Shown here piece after piece: positions 47,203-56,395 of a stretch of 64,000 nucleotides of DNA (position 1 is the first letter of the stretch; the number at the start of each line of letters is the position of its first letter). This DNA is from a virus, in IMG/VR virus record IMGVR_UViG_3300025141_000031; one strand, given 5' to 3'. A program made the translations under genes and the position numbers. The notes under the pieces were generated by a model. The model did no database searches and was not told the origin of the DNA. It saw only the letters and a program-made list of their open reading frames with translations.

Positions 47203-50200
47203 TTAATTATAGGAGATTTTGGAGTAGCCGTTTGTCTTCTTAATTTCAACTAATTTCTCCACGATATCTCTCATAGCATCAATATGAGATATACATAATA
47301 AAAATCCAAATTGTGATTTCAGATAATCAAATAACATATACATTGAATTAAGATTATCTGAATCTAATACTCCGAATCCTTCATCTATTGCTAAGAAGTT
47401 AGGCCTTGGAAGATTTGATACATTTATTAAAGAAGTTCTAATAGCTAATGAAGATATAAATTTCTCCATTCCGGAAGTTAATTCTAATGGCCAATAATTA
47501 TCATCATCATAAACGATAAATGCATTAATATTTTTGCCATCTGTATGTAATACCATGGTAAATTCAACAATCTGATTTAATATATTATTTATTTCGGATT
47601 CTATTTGTGGTAAAGCTTTTGAAATTAAATGGTATGGAACTCCGTTTCGTTGAACCGCTTTTTGATAATATTCAAACCCTTTATATTGTTGTTCTAAATC
47701 TTTTAATCTATTAATACCATCATTAGCATCTTGTTTAGACTTCTCCGCCATTTTTAATTTTCCTGATAGTGATAATAATTTTGTATCTAAATGTCCTAAT
47801 TCTGTATTAACAACTGTTATCTCATCTCTGATTTCGTTTATTTCAGAATTTTTAATTTTATTATATTCTAGGTTATCTTTTTGTTTTTCAGATTTTTTTA
47901 GTTTAATTCTCTCAGCCTTAATATCATTATTAGTTTTTTCGATATTCCAATCTGTAGTTATTAATTCATGTTCTTGTGCAATTAATGTTCCATTATTTAT
48001 TCCTAACGAATGTTTTATATCTAATAATCTCTGTAATTGTTCGTTTGGTTTTTCTATTTGTTCTAATCCTGTTATTCGTCTTCCTATATCATCAATATCA
48101 AACATTATTTGTTGTTCTTCATCAATTAATTTAGGTAAGAAATCTGCTATCTGTTTTGTTTCTTGTAACCAAGGATTTGCCATACAAAAACTACAATTTT
48201 CATCCCATTCATGTTTATCTAATTTAGATACCATTTTTTGAGCATGTTGAATTTTTAGTTGTTTTACTTTAAGATCATTTTTTAATTTAATTAAATCTGA
48301 TTTATAATTTTTTAATTCTAATATTTGGTCTTTAATAAAATCCTCATCTACATTATTTATTTTCTGCTCCGTTTCTTTAATTAATTTTTTCTGTTCTTTA
48401 ATTAATTCTTTTTGTCGGCCTCTTTCCAATCTTAAATTTCCTAAAGAATCATTCAATTGAGTTATTTCGAATTTGATATCATTTGGTTCTGATAATGTAT
48501 CGTCTACTTTCTTTAATTCTTTTGTCATAGTAAAAATGATATCATTAAGATTTGTTTTCATTTCTTCATGTTCATGCTTATCAACTTTCATTTGTTCATA
48601 TGAACCAGTATGTTGAATTATTATTTCATTTGCATTTACTAAATCTGTTGAAAAATCTTTTCTTTTATATTCTCTAATTAAAGCTGCTGTTTCTCTAATT
48701 TCTTCATGTCCAACTAAATATTGTTGTTCAAATATATCAATATCTAAAAATTGTGATAATAAGTCTTTTCTTTCTCTTTGAGTTTTATCGATAAATCCTG
48801 TATTATTATTTTGTAACGACAATGCGGTTAATACAAAATCTTCATATGAACCTAAATATTGTCTTATACTTTTATTTGTAGAATCTCTTTGGTCTCCATT
48901 TAGATTTTCTTTATCTCCATCTTTATCAACTCTCCAGAAATTTACGTCAACTTTAACATGTCCTCTATTATTTTTCTTTCCTAGTCGTTCGATAAAATAA
49001 TTATACTTTCCTAATTCAAATTCAAATTTACATGCAAACTGAGATTTTTTATTATTTAATACATGAGCTGCTTTTTTAGTTCTAGAACATCTATCAAAGC
49101 AACAGAATGCTAATGCATCTAACAATGTTGACTTGCCAGAAGCATTTGGAGCAAATAATCCATAACTCCCAACCATATTTGTGAAATCCATTTCATTATC
49201 TTCTCCGTAACTAAACATATTAGAAAATTCAAATTTCTTTGGTTGCCATGTTATATTTCTTGTTAATGTATTTGCTGGCAACTTGGAGTGTACTGTTCTG
49301 TTAATATGTCTTACTGTATCTAATAATTCATCATCGAGTGCATATTCGTCTGTAAGGTATTCTGTAATAACTTTATTTTGCCATTCTACATCTCGTACAT
49401 TACCAAAATTAATTTTATTTTGTGCATCTGTTGTATTTAATGCATTTATTTTTTGAATTGAAATATCTTGTACTTTATACTTTGATTTTATTTTTGCAAT
49501 GATTTGTTTTAATGTACCAGAATCAGTATCTTTTACTTTTAATCTTAATCTTGGTTTTTTTGGAACTTTTAAATTTGGATTAATGATTTTTCCATTATCA
49601 ATCTCATATGTATAATAACCAAAATCATTTACGATTTCTACAAATTCAGATTTTTTAGTTGCTAAATCCCATACTAATATTCCATGTCCTAATTTTTCTC
49701 CATGATTTTGTTGAATTAAAGATCCTGGATATGCTATGGTTTTTTCAATATCTAAATATTGTAGCTTATGAATATCACCTAACAATGTTAAATCATGTCC
49801 TATAAATATATCAGTCGTAACATGTGTATTACTTAAAGTAAATCCTGCATCTGTTGATGCGTTATGAACCGATCCATGATGAAGAGCAATCTTATAATTA
49901 CCATCAAAATCTTTAGCTTTTATATATTTTATCGGCTTTTCATCCACCGCCATTACGTTAAAGTGTACACCTTGGATATCGTATACACCGTTGTCTTTAA
50001 GATAGTGTAAGTTCTTATGTTTGATAGCTTTAACAATAGGACTTAAGGCGTCAAGTCTATAGTTATTATTTAGGTTACAGTCATGGTTTCCTAAAATTAC
50101 TATTGTAGGTAATAAGTCTGCTAAATTAGTAAAAAATTCTGAGGTTAAGTCTACTAGTTCTGGTGACATATCTGTTTTTGCGTGTACTATATCTCCTGCA

Positions 50201-50334
50201 ACATAAATTAAATCATTTTCGGTTTTAGTCTTTTTAATATAAGAATATAATTTTCTAAATACTTGTCTATATTCTTTATGTCGTTTTACATTTCTTATAT
50301 GTACATCTGCTATGTGATATATTTTATTTATCAT
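47203..50334 (-). CDS. Fused Mre11/SbcD nuclease - Rad50/SbcC ATPase (gp47-gp46 fusion)
   Basis: Phosphoesterase motifs IADVH, AGDIVH, GNHD, HHG and GDIH; then Walker A PNASGKST, coiled coil with CSFC hook, TSGME and IDEGFG.LD. Start placed at ATG 50334 (ATGA overlap with primase stop). Confidence 0.93.
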   Translation of the reverse strand: MINKIYHIADVHIRNVKRHKEYRQVFRKLYSYIKKTKTENDLIYVAGDIVHAKTDMSPELVDLTSEFFTNLADLLPTIVILGNHDCNLNNNYRLDALSPIVKAIKHKNLHYLKDNGVYDIQGVHFNVMAVDEKPIKYIKAKDFDGNYKIALHHGSVHNASTDAGFTLSNTHVTTDIFIGHDLTLLGDIHKLQYLDIEKTIAYPGSLIQQNHGEKLGHGILVWDLATKKSEFVEIVNDFGYYTYEIDNGKIINPNLKVPKKPRLRLKVKDTDSGTLKQIIAKIKSKYKVQDISIQKINALNTTDAQNKINFGNVRDVEWQNKVITEYLTDEYALDDELLDTVRHINRTVHSKLPANTLTRNITWQPKKFEFSNMFSYGEDNEMDFTNMVGSYGLFAPNASGKSTLLDALAFCCFDRCSRTKKAAHVLNNKKSQFACKFEFELGKYNYFIERLGKKNNRGHVKVDVNFWRVDKDGDKENLNGDQRDSTNKSIRQYLGSYEDFVLTALSLQNNNTGFIDKTQRERKDLLSQFLDIDIFEQQYLVGHEEIRETAALIREYKRKDFSTDLVNANEIIIQHTGSYEQMKVDKHEHEEMKTNLNDIIFTMTKELKKVDDTLSEPNDIKFEITQLNDSLGNLRLERGRQKELIKEQKKLIKETEQKINNVDEDFIKDQILELKNYKSDLIKLKNDLKVKQLKIQHAQKMVSKLDKHEWDENCSFCMANPWLQETKQIADFLPKLIDEEQQIMFDIDDIGRRITGLEQIEKPNEQLQRLLDIKHSLGINNGTLIAQEHELITTDWNIEKTNNDIKAERIKLKKSEKQKDNLEYNKIKNSEINEIRDEITVVNTELGHLDTKLLSLSGKLKMAEKSKQDANDGINRLKDLEQQYKGFEYYQKAVQRNGVPYHLISKALPQIESEINNILNQIVEFTMVLHTDGKNINAFIVYDDDNYWPLELTSGMEKFISSLAIRTSLINVSNLPRPNFLAIDEGFGVLDSDNLNSMYMLFDYLKSQFGFLLCISHIDAMRDIVEKLVEIKKTNGYSKISYN

Positions 50335-51254
50335 ATTCCCATTATCCTTTGTTCTATCAACCATTCTGACGTCATTTTTTTTGTTCCTGCTAATATATTA
50401 TTGATTTTTCCGAATCCAATTTCGCTTGGGTCTGATTCTTTTAGGTCTACAAAGTATACTTCTACTCCATTTGCCATAAAATATTCTGCTGTTTCTATTG
50501 CTTGTTTTCTTGCATCCTGATCAAGACATATATAAATTGTCTTTACATTATTTTCTATTATTCTATGTTTTAATTGGTCTGGAATTGTTTTACCAAATAA
50601 TGGTATTGCATTTCGTCTGATTGCAATTGCGTCAAAAACTCCTTCTACTAAACATACTGGATAGTTCCAGTTTATATGTAATTCAAATCCTACTATATCT
50701 TTTGATACTTGTGGATTTTTATGTTTCCATACATCATCTTCATAATAAGCTCTTCCGACAAAATAATTTAAAACTCCATTTGCATCATAACTTGGAATAA
50801 TTATTTTTCCAGAATATAATCCTTTCCTACAATATCCAATTCTATATTTTAGAATATCATATATTGTAATACCTCGTTTTTTAAGATAATAAATAGCATT
50901 TCTATATTCTGGTGATGATTTATCTAATTTCCATAACGGTCTAAATTCAGCTGGGAGTTCTACTGCTTTTGTATTGGTTGTAGTTATTTTTGGTTTATAT
51001 TCTGTTTCTTCTATAAACTCAAATAATTTAGAAATCTTATGTCTTTCAACATTCAATTTCTTAAATAATGTGATTATCTTTCTACCTGCTGCGTTACATA
51101 CCCAACAATGCCAATGTTGAGATAATATATTAACTTCTAACTTTTTCTTGTTATGGTGGCAAAATGGACAATGAAATGCTACATTGCCTTTATTAGTAGA
51201 TCTACCCTTACCAAGAACAGTTTCTATTAATGATAGTAATTTAAAATTCGTCAT
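50331..51254 (-). CDS. dnaG: DNA primase (Zn finger + TOPRIM)
   Basis: CPFC...HCWVC, IIIP..D..G..YFVGR, LVEGVFDA and LDQDA. Confidence 0.9.
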   Translation of the reverse strand: MTNFKLLSLIETVLGKGRSTNKGNVAFHCPFCHHNKKKLEVNILSQHWHCWVCNAAGRKIITLFKKLNVERHKISKLFEFIEETEYKPKITTTNTKAVELPAEFRPLWKLDKSSPEYRNAIYYLKKRGITIYDILKYRIGYCRKGLYSGKIIIPSYDANGVLNYFVGRAYYEDDVWKHKNPQVSKDIVGFELHINWNYPVCLVEGVFDAIAIRRNAIPLFGKTIPDQLKHRIIENNVKTIYICLDQDARKQAIETAEYFMANGVEVYFVDLKESDPSEIGFGKINNILAGTKKMTSEWLIEQRIMGI

Positions 51255-51259
51255 GTATT

Positions 51260-51291
51260 AAAATATAAAGAAAACTTTTCAAATAACCTAA
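51260..51291 (-). promoter_or_regulatory. Class-2 (host-like) promoter upstream of primase/SbcCD
   Basis: Minus strand TTAG-N20-TATATT. ATG 7 nt downstream, no SD. Confidence 0.65.
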
Positions 51292-51702
51292 TTATTTTTC
51301 AGAAAACCATTCTTGTGGTATTGTCTTTTCTGCCCATGGAATTCCATGTTTATCACAGTAAGATCCATATGTAGTTTTTGAACCTTTTCTAATTTTAGTT
51401 TTACCTGACATAAATACTATTCTTATATCTAATTCTGGATGTTGTTTTTTAATAAGTAAATGTTTTTTTCTATCTTCTGCTACCCATCTACCTTTTGTTT
51501 CAACTAAAATTCCATTTGGTAATGTAAAATCAATTGTATAAGTATGTTTAGTTTCTGGTTTGATATATGGTATTACTGTTGTTTCATATTCAAACTTAAC
51601 TTTATTTTCTTTTAGTTGTTCCGAAACTTTATGTTCAAATCCGCTTCGATAACCATGCTTAATTGCATTTCTACGCAATTTACTTTTACTTCTCCATGCC
51701 AT
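51292..51702 (-). CDS. T7 endonuclease I-like Holliday junction resolvase
   Basis: YRSGFE, YTIDFTLPNGILVETKGRW...DRKKHLLIK.QHPELDIR.VF. Start placed at 51702, just after the PhoH stop. Confidence 0.92.
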   Translation of the reverse strand: MAWRSKSKLRRNAIKHGYRSGFEHKVSEQLKENKVKFEYETTVIPYIKPETKHTYTIDFTLPNGILVETKGRWVAEDRKKHLLIKKQHPELDIRIVFMSGKTKIRKGSKTTYGSYCDKHGIPWAEKTIPQEWFSEK

Positions 51703-51703
51703 A

Positions 51704-52372
51704 TTAATGATACCCATTTAATAATTCTAGTAGATCATCTATTGCATCATGACGATGACTATCTACTAATACTGTTTTATATACATATTTTGAATTGGTT
51801 AATTTAGCCATATCATGATATGCAGACCAATTTTTATCTTTCAAATCAATTTGATATGAGTCTCCACAAAATATCATTTTTGAATCTTTACCTAATCTAC
51901 CAATAGCCATTGCTAATTGACTTCTAGTTAAGTTTTGAAATTCATCTACTATAACAATTGAATTATCAAATGTTCTACCCCTGAAGTGTGCTAATGATAC
52001 TAATTCTATTGATTCGTCTTTTTCCATTTTATCCAATATTGTAGGTTTATTATAAACCTTTCTCATATTAGATCTAATCGGAACTAACCATGGTTCCATT
52101 TTTTCTCTTTCAGAACCTGGAAGGAATCCATTATCTTCGGTTGAAATAGTAGGTCTTGTAATGATAATTTTATTAATCTGTTTTTTGAAAAACTGATCTA
52201 ATGCTACTTGTACGGCTAGTAATGTTTTACCTGAACCTGCTTTTCCTACTATAAAATTAAATGGATGTTTTAAAATTTCTGTTTTAGATTTTTTTTGTTC
52301 TGGTGAAAGTGATAATGAAAACCGTACAGCTCCTTTTGGTGGACTCTTTACCATATTATCTTTAATTGCCAT
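51704..52372 (-). CDS. phoH: PhoH-family ATPase
   Basis: GKAGSGKT, RP, GFLPG, RGRTF, DEFQN, GD..QID and HR. Confidence 0.95.
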   Translation of the reverse strand: MAIKDNMVKSPPKGAVRFSLSLSPEQKKSKTEILKHPFNFIVGKAGSGKTLLAVQVALDQFFKKQINKIIITRPTISTEDNGFLPGSEREKMEPWLVPIRSNMRKVYNKPTILDKMEKDESIELVSLAHFRGRTFDNSIVIVDEFQNLTRSQLAMAIGRLGKDSKMIFCGDSYQIDLKDKNWSAYHDMAKLTNSKYVYKTVLVDSHRHDAIDDLLELLNGYH

Positions 52373-52404
52373 CTGTAAACTCCTTTATGTTAAAACTATT
52401 TAAT

Positions 52405-52412
52405 ATAAATAT
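52405..52412 (-). promoter_or_regulatory. Class-1 (putative late) promoter motif ATATTTAT
   Basis: Upstream of phoH, followed by AAGGAG SD. Confidence 0.6.
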
Positions 52413-54170
52413 CTAGTAGTCCCATCTAATCAGGAAATTCATATCAATATCTTCCCGTTTTTGTATTGGTCTTGCTAGTTTTGCAACTGCTAATAATCTT
52501 GCTCTATCATCATATAATCCAACTGTGGTAATATATGGTTTAAATCCACTACCTGTGAATTGTGGCATTATTAATTCGCTTTTTAATTTTCTTAATGTTG
52601 GATTCATACTAACATTACAATCACTTGCTGGAACTTTACAAAGTACTTCATTTTCATAAATTGTTCTTGAAGATTTGTGTTCTAGGGACCATACATTTTG
52701 TAATGCATAATAATATTTTGGTAAAGGACTTGATACTACAACTTGTCCAGTTCTATAAAATACATTTCCTGCAACTGATGTTTGGTACGCACTACTACTA
52801 TAGTAATGATTGTTAGCTAAAGATTCTATTGAACCAGATTCTAAATATGTATCATAAATTCGTATTTCATCTAAGCTTCCTGATAAAGTTGTATTTGTAT
52901 TTCCTGATGAATCTAAGGCTCCAAATACTAAATGAGATGGATTCATTACACTAACATTTGTATCTGCATGATATCTATCAGTTACACTATTATCTTTAAC
53001 TCCATCAATCCAAATACCTAAATCTGATCCTGATTTTTGACATACAATATGGTGCCAATTTTGATTATCTGCTACGGCTGATGAGGCGGTAATAAATGTA
53101 CTTGATGTTACTTCGAGAGTAGAAGAACCATCACTTCTACGTAATAATAATTTACCTGCATCATATCTTGGATGTGAATGATTTGTTATAGTTATATCAT
53201 AAGGAAATCTGTTACGTAAATTTTGTGTATCTGTAAGTTTTGTTGTTCTTTTATATCTACTGGTTCTTATAATTTCTGTTTCAACTCCTCGCTTAGAAAT
53301 TATATTTTGTGTTGTTATTTTAGATGATGAAAATGCTTGATGTGCTGGAATATTACACCAAAATGAGATTGAAAATTCTTCATCGTTTCTAAAATTAAAT
53401 TTTGGATTATTTGGTGTTAACACATATGCTGCTGAACCTGAATTCCATCTTGCGGATATTCCTGAACCTGTTATATATGTTCCTGTTGTTGGAATACCTC
53501 TTCGATATTCTACATTATAAGCTTTTGAAAATATAGCATTTTTTTCATTTACTAATTGTGGAAATAAAGCCTTATCTACATCGCCACTTACTGCTCCAGA
53601 ACCTATTTTACCAAAATTTAATTCAAAATGACGAAATTCATCATTGAATCCCCAATATGCAACTAAGTTCTTTTTAGGTGCAAAACTAGCTGAATCTATT
53701 TTTGGGTCTCGTAAATTACCATATTTATCATCATATAAATCAAATTTATCATAAGTAAGCGAACCTGTATTCGAAAGTTTAACTGATCTACGTTTAATAT
53801 TTTCTCCATGCTGGACATATGGTATTGCAATTACACTACAAGAATAAAATAAATTTTTCTCTGTATATCGTGGATTGTAATGTTCGAATGTATTCATAGG
53901 CTGATGTTTATTTTCAGGTCTATAGAACATATGGTTTAATGCTTTCCATGTCGGGGTTTGGTATGTCCCATCAGAATTCTTTATATTGTCCGCGGATAAA
54001 TTTGAAGCACTTATTGGAGTTGTTTGTACATTATGAATTCCATGACGTACGGTATAATAATTTGCTTGCCAAGATGAATTATTGGTTTTGAATGTTGTAT
54101 TCGCTTCAAATGGCGTATTTGAAACATCATCTGCATTAATTGGTCTGAAAACTACTGCCCTGGAAGCCAT
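52413..54170 (-). CDS. Baseplate/collar-type structural protein with inserted LamG domain
   Basis: LamG (LVAYWGF...FSISFW...WHHIV...LSGSLDEIRIY). C-terminal YITTVGLYDD...LLAVAKLARP is shared with the neighbouring gene. Confidence 0.75.
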   Translation of the reverse strand: MASRAVVFRPINADDVSNTPFEANTTFKTNNSSWQANYYTVRHGIHNVQTTPISASNLSADNIKNSDGTYQTPTWKALNHMFYRPENKHQPMNTFEHYNPRYTEKNLFYSCSVIAIPYVQHGENIKRRSVKLSNTGSLTYDKFDLYDDKYGNLRDPKIDSASFAPKKNLVAYWGFNDEFRHFELNFGKIGSGAVSGDVDKALFPQLVNEKNAIFSKAYNVEYRRGIPTTGTYITGSGISARWNSGSAAYVLTPNNPKFNFRNDEEFSISFWCNIPAHQAFSSSKITTQNIISKRGVETEIIRTSRYKRTTKLTDTQNLRNRFPYDITITNHSHPRYDAGKLLLRRSDGSSTLEVTSSTFITASSAVADNQNWHHIVCQKSGSDLGIWIDGVKDNSVTDRYHADTNVSVMNPSHLVFGALDSSGNTNTTLSGSLDEIRIYDTYLESGSIESLANNHYYSSSAYQTSVAGNVFYRTGQVVVSSPLPKYYYALQNVWSLEHKSSRTIYENEVLCKVPASDCNVSMNPTLRKLKSELIMPQFTGSGFKPYITTVGLYDDRARLLAVAKLARPIQKREDIDMNFLIRWDY

Positions 54171-54189
54171 TTATATCCCCTTTATCGTT

Positions 54190-54221
54190 AAAACTCTCTT
54201 ATACTTATAAATATAAGAGAG
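54190..54221 (-). terminator. Hairpin/terminator enclosing a class-1 promoter motif (54207-54214)
   Basis: Minus strand CTCTCTTATA-TTTATAAG-TATAAGAGAG-TTTT. ATATTTAT straddles the stem and loop. Confidence 0.55.
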
Positions 54222-54256
54222 CTCTAAATATGATGAATTATAACGATTAGAATCTA

Positions 54257-55678
54257 TTAGAAGTCTAATTTTACTTTAATTAATGCCTCTCTTGTAAATG
54301 ATTTCAATAAAGGTTTACTTAATTTCGCACAAGCTAATAATTCTCTTCTATCATTATACATACCAATAGTAGTTATATATACTTTAGGATCTCCGATAAA
54401 CGAATTTTGTTTAAATCTACCATTTGATCCGGTAATAAATGTTGGATTATTTGAGAAGTTATATTCTGCATTAGTTGCTCTTACAAAATAATGAGTTGAT
54501 GTTATCTTTTCTGATGATCTTGCTTGGAAGCCTAATTTATCACCAGAATCATCAATTAAGTATGCACCTGAATGAGACATTGCAGTATATAATTTAAATG
54601 AATTATCACCAGCTACTTCTGAACCTGATACTGTATTAAATGATGCTGATAAATTCATTCCACTACCACCTATTGCAATAATTCCTAAATCTGGATATAT
54701 TAGTCCATAATGAATTGGATTATCTTGTTGGTACACTCCTTGTTCAATTGAACCAGAAACCATATTATATCTTCTTCCGAAATGTCCTCTTCTAACTGAG
54801 ATTGCAGAAGTTATTTTTGAATCATCAATTAATCTAATGTGAGGACAAAGTGCTGATCCTAATAATGGACGAACACCATCAGCTGATGATGTATTTGAAT
54901 TATTACCTTGGTTTGCTCCTGCCGCAAATTTAGATCCTGATAGTTCAGCTAAACATACTTCAACGTTTCCTTCATCTAATCTTTCTCTCATTAATGCTCT
55001 ATTAACATTAATAAAATACATATCATCTTCATCTGTACCATTAACGGTAAATTTTTTATCGTCTGGTTCTAAACATAATAATCTATATTGAGAATAAATA
55101 GCTCTTGCTGGTGTATCATTAACTTGTCCTCCTTCATCTGCAGAACCTGAACCATTAACATGGCCCCAAGCAACACTAAACATTGCAGATGATGTTATAT
55201 CTTGAAGTACTCCATTACTAGTATTATTATCTCCATTCCAAACTTCGTAATAATATCTTTTTTGAGTTGAAGTCATTCTAGATGATGTATGGAATGTAAG
55301 TTGATTACCTATATTGTTTGGAAATAATCCTCTAGTTACTATTTCTTGCTGATTTGGGATAACATCAGTATCAAGATCAAATTCCGTAAAGATTCGTCCG
55401 TTTCGTGCAGCTAATCTCGCTCTTTCTCTTTGAGCAATTAATTGATTTGCAATTTGTCTTGCTCTTCTTTCTATTTCGATATTTCTTATCTTAGCCGCAT
55501 TAGCTATATCTCTTACACTATCAGATTGTAAGACTGGCGAAGTTCTACCTGGTCGAGACCTCATTGGACTAGCTACCCTAGATCTTGGACTTCTGGCTTT
55601 AAATCGGCCACCCCAACCTCCTCTCGCGATCATGGAAGAACCGTTATAACTTGATTTGTTTCTTTTTAATGATGTCAT
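54257..55678 (-). CDS. Baseplate/collar-type structural protein with Arg-rich N-terminal extension
   Basis: C-terminal NFSNNPTF...VYITTIGMYND...LLACAKLSKP is paralogous to 52413-54170. Confidence 0.75.
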   Translation of the reverse strand: MTSLKRNKSSYNGSSMIARGGWGGRFKARSPRSRVASPMRSRPGRTSPVLQSDSVRDIANAAKIRNIEIERRARQIANQLIAQRERARLAARNGRIFTEFDLDTDVIPNQQEIVTRGLFPNNIGNQLTFHTSSRMTSTQKRYYYEVWNGDNNTSNGVLQDITSSAMFSVAWGHVNGSGSADEGGQVNDTPARAIYSQYRLLCLEPDDKKFTVNGTDEDDMYFINVNRALMRERLDEGNVEVCLAELSGSKFAAGANQGNNSNTSSADGVRPLLGSALCPHIRLIDDSKITSAISVRRGHFGRRYNMVSGSIEQGVYQQDNPIHYGLIYPDLGIIAIGGSGMNLSASFNTVSGSEVAGDNSFKLYTAMSHSGAYLIDDSGDKLGFQARSSEKITSTHYFVRATNAEYNFSNNPTFITGSNGRFKQNSFIGDPKVYITTIGMYNDRRELLACAKLSKPLLKSFTREALIKVKLDF

Positions 55679-55697
55679 AATTTATTATCCCTATTTA

Positions 55698-56372
55698 TTA
55701 CATAGCCTCTAAAGCTACTCCTGGTGTTGTTTCTAATTCTTGTTTTTCTATTGTCAAGTTAATAGTAACACTACCACCTGTTTCATTACCAACAACTGTT
55801 ATAGTTGCTGTTTTATCTTCGACTGGTTGAGCTTTTGCTATAATTTCAAATGACAATCCTTGTACCGTTACTGTTTGAGCTGCTTCGTTATCACCAATAA
55901 ATGCTGGTACTGTTGCTCCTGCTCCTGACCTACCTGTTCCTCTAGTTACTCTTATGTAGGCTGCATCTGAATCAGATAAAATTGCTGTATAGCCAAATGT
56001 TTGGTTTCCTCTATTAAAGTTTCTAGTATACGGTCTAATTGAAGCTGTACCACCACTTGATAATGTAATATTTTTATTCTGTACAGAAATTACAGGGATT
56101 CTAGTTGATCTAGATGGTAATGTAACTAACTTATATTTCATCATCTGTGTTTCGTCTGGTAATGCTTCTATTACCGGCATGTTCTCAATTACAACACCAT
56201 AATATGCTGTTCCAAGCGGATGATCTGGGTTCCATAAATCGTAATCTATTTCATCATCTGCAAGCGAAAATTGTGTTATTTTAAATTCGTCACGGCCCCT
56301 TGCTAATAATTGACGTCCTTTTTTTGTCAATATTGCGTCCACCGTAATTGAACTGTTATCTAAATATCCCAT
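55698..56372 (-). CDS. Virion structural protein (collar/baseplate type)
   Basis: MGYLDN..ITVDAILTKKGRQLLA...FKITQFSLADDEIDY followed by an Ig-like C-terminus. Confidence 0.75.
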   Translation of the reverse strand: MGYLDNSSITVDAILTKKGRQLLARGRDEFKITQFSLADDEIDYDLWNPDHPLGTAYYGVVIENMPVIEALPDETQMMKYKLVTLPSRSTRIPVISVQNKNITLSSGGTASIRPYTRNFNRGNQTFGYTAILSDSDAAYIRVTRGTGRSGAGATVPAFIGDNEAAQTVTVQGLSFEIIAKAQPVEDKTATITVVGNETGGSVTINLTIEKQELETTPGVALEAM

Positions 56373-56395
56373 AGTTAATTCCTCTTTATTTTTAA

